Program-made: the position numbers and the translations under genes | Shown here: piece by piece, positions 62,401 through 64,000 of the stretch | Numbering within the stretch: the first letter of the stretch is position 1 | How the letters are laid out: each line of letters opens with the position of its first letter | The notes under the pieces: generated by a model | Databases searched by the model: none | Told to the model about the DNA's origin: nothing | Seen by the model: the letters and a program-made list of their open reading frames with translations, nothing else | Origin: Botryllus schlosseri | Lineage: Eukaryota | Assembly: GCA_051294905.1 (NCBI GenBank) | Contig: CM119371.1 | Location: 4,218,001 to 4,282,000 of the forward strand | DNA: 64,000 nucleotides | Direction: 5' to 3'

Positions 62401-63345
62401 TGACTTGAATCGAGCCAAGTAAACTTACGACTCGGGGTTACTCAATATATGAAGTAACTCGATTCAAGTCACTCGATTTTTAAACATGACTCAATTCCAG
62501 TCACATCAGTCAAAATCAAGCGACTCAAAATTTTTAAGGTGGCTCTCGAGTGAATGTGAAAGCTGTGAAAATCAAGTCACTCGAAATTAGAAGTGACTCA
62601 AAACAATTCAAGTCACTTGAACAGTTGACACTACTTCCACAAGTTGTTACGATAAAGATTACTTCTATGTGATAGTTATCAGTCACTAGAAAAAACTATG
62701 CATAGAGAAGGCCTACATATTTTTCTACTTACTTGGAGACCACTACTTGTATTTGTAGGGTACACGAGTAAAAATTTACGACTCAACTTCTTCTTGAGTA
62801 CCAACGTTAACTATTGTGACCACCTTCTAGTTTGATTCGAGACACGACTCCAGCCATCCCAACACTGCAGTACATACAGGAATATATGAAAAAAAAATTC
62901 AAATCGGAGTCTCAGATATAACATACCCTTTTATAAGATCGCAAGTTGCAGATGATACATTATGCGGAGAAATGTATTCATTTCTTCTCCATTTTCAAGA
63001 AGGTTTGCTGCAACGTCTCACCTTTAAACGGTCGCTGGTTGGCCAACAATCGTTACCTACAATAAATAAAATAATGTATCAAGTATGTATCAAAACTGAA
63101 TCAAGTATTCATTCTAATGATTTGATGTGACTGGTGTAGTGAGAGATGGATTTTTCCAGTCCTGAAATTATGCGATCCTTGCCACGAAGAGTAAATTGAT
63201 CAATCAGAATTATATTTCTGATATTATTTAACACTATTATTGTACAGCAATAGATTCTCCAGCTTCTAATACAAATTTTACATTTAGTTACAAACGTTTA
63301 CTTGTACTTGTGTTCGAGAGTTCACGCTGGCTACTTTGACTAGAT

Positions 63346-64000
63346 CAGGGCCGGCCAACCCGTGGCCCGCGGGAAGGTTTTGAGTGGCCCGCGAGGTAAT
63401 TTCCGAAATTTCTAATATCATCAAAAATGGATTTCACAGATTTGTAGCTTGCAAGGCCAACCAAAAATTTGATTAGTCCGGCCGCAATACTTGAGATGTA
63501 ATGACTAAAATATCAGTTCCGACGCATTGACAGATCCATCAGTCATTCACATATTGGTACATCTTCGTACACTACAATAGAGCAGAATAATTTGCGATAG
63601 ATTTATCAAAGGTAAAAATTTTCTACAAGCTCAGCGCAATATGCTGTCACTCGATTTTTTTGTTTTTAATATTGTTGCCCTTTTGTGAAAATGGAAGAAC
63701 ACCTAATGTATCAGATTGAGTCTAACTATATTCGCGATTACGAGACAAAGTGTCGTTCAACATATGCGACCGTGCATTTGCGCTCGCAGTAAGACCGTCC
63801 ACCGTGAAACCTAGGAACGAAGTGATTGACCCATGTTGGTCACAGCTTTCGATATCGATATGACCAAGCGCCGAATAGTCCAGTCCTCGCAAACCTAGCC
63901 CAGCGATATACAGCAGGCCCACAATATAGTAAAGTGACAATATTATTGATCTATGAACTTCAAAATATTTTCGCGCTTCGCGCGGATAGTCGCCCGCGCA
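63346..64000. mobile_element. hAT MITE running off the window (family of 42802-43625)
   Basis: Left end CAGGGCCGGCCAACCCGTGGCCCGCG; shares GCAAGGCCAACCAAAA and CAGTTC.GACGCATTGAC with 42900-42985. Confidence 0.7.

Larger units (their letters stand above)
57924..63262 (-). pseudogene. PLK1: PLK1-like pseudogene copy 10, inverted (stub of C, then D, E, G, H, L)
   Basis: C stub 63262-~63230 (LENLLLYNN); D 63056-62927 (LLANQRPFKGETLQQTFLK/RRNEYISPHNVSSATCDLIKR); E 62103-61959 (MLTIDPSQ*PTTKQVV..RGYIPQQLPTTCL); G 61402-61325 (DAEEPDSVPVLWIGKWVDLTDKAGF); H 60547-~60390 (FQARDNSNGVLFNN..YPSMLTKKVTL); L 58112-57924 (MTYIDQQRNFTIYKLSLIDKCGCSCNLGHRLWYARTMLDKLVSS..*). Confidence 0.93.

Noticed and set aside
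29..63940. The many other 60-150 aa ORFs in the track
   Set aside because: Most begin at non-ATG codons or lie in repeats, or are off-frame or antisense reads of PLK remnants; no recognisable domains.

Overview
AT-rich eukaryotic (metazoan-type, GT-AG introns) genomic DNA. The window is dominated by a tandem graveyard of a polo-like kinase (PLK1-like) gene. I recognise about 37 exon remnants in about 10 partial, intron-containing copies: nine on + between 1.4 and 47.4 kb and one on - between 57.9 and 63.3 kb. Each copy lacks different exons and most exons carry stops or frameshifts. Embedded in this array are two paralogous, effector-less C2H2 zinc-finger genes in inverted orientation: 16692-17966 (+, 13 canonical fingers) and 53015-49749 (-, about 38 fingers, 22 in the open 5' ORF). 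The second is a minisatellite-like 84-bp array that varies mainly at recognition-helix codons. The remainder is dense with non-autonomous DNA transposons (hAT with 8-bp TSDs, one with Charlie/Buster transposase relics; pogo-type; PIF/Harbinger-type), a 3' LINE fragment and segmental duplications. All calls come from manual translation and motif recognition; no searches were run and the species cannot be determined. PLK exon labels used below: A = alphaC to hinge (..ELCKRR), B = SLMEL..HRDIK, C = DFG/T-loop/APE, D = YxLLxGxPPF, E = end of kinase + D-box, F = linker, G = start of polo box 1, H = rest of polo box 1, L = last exon (polo box 2).
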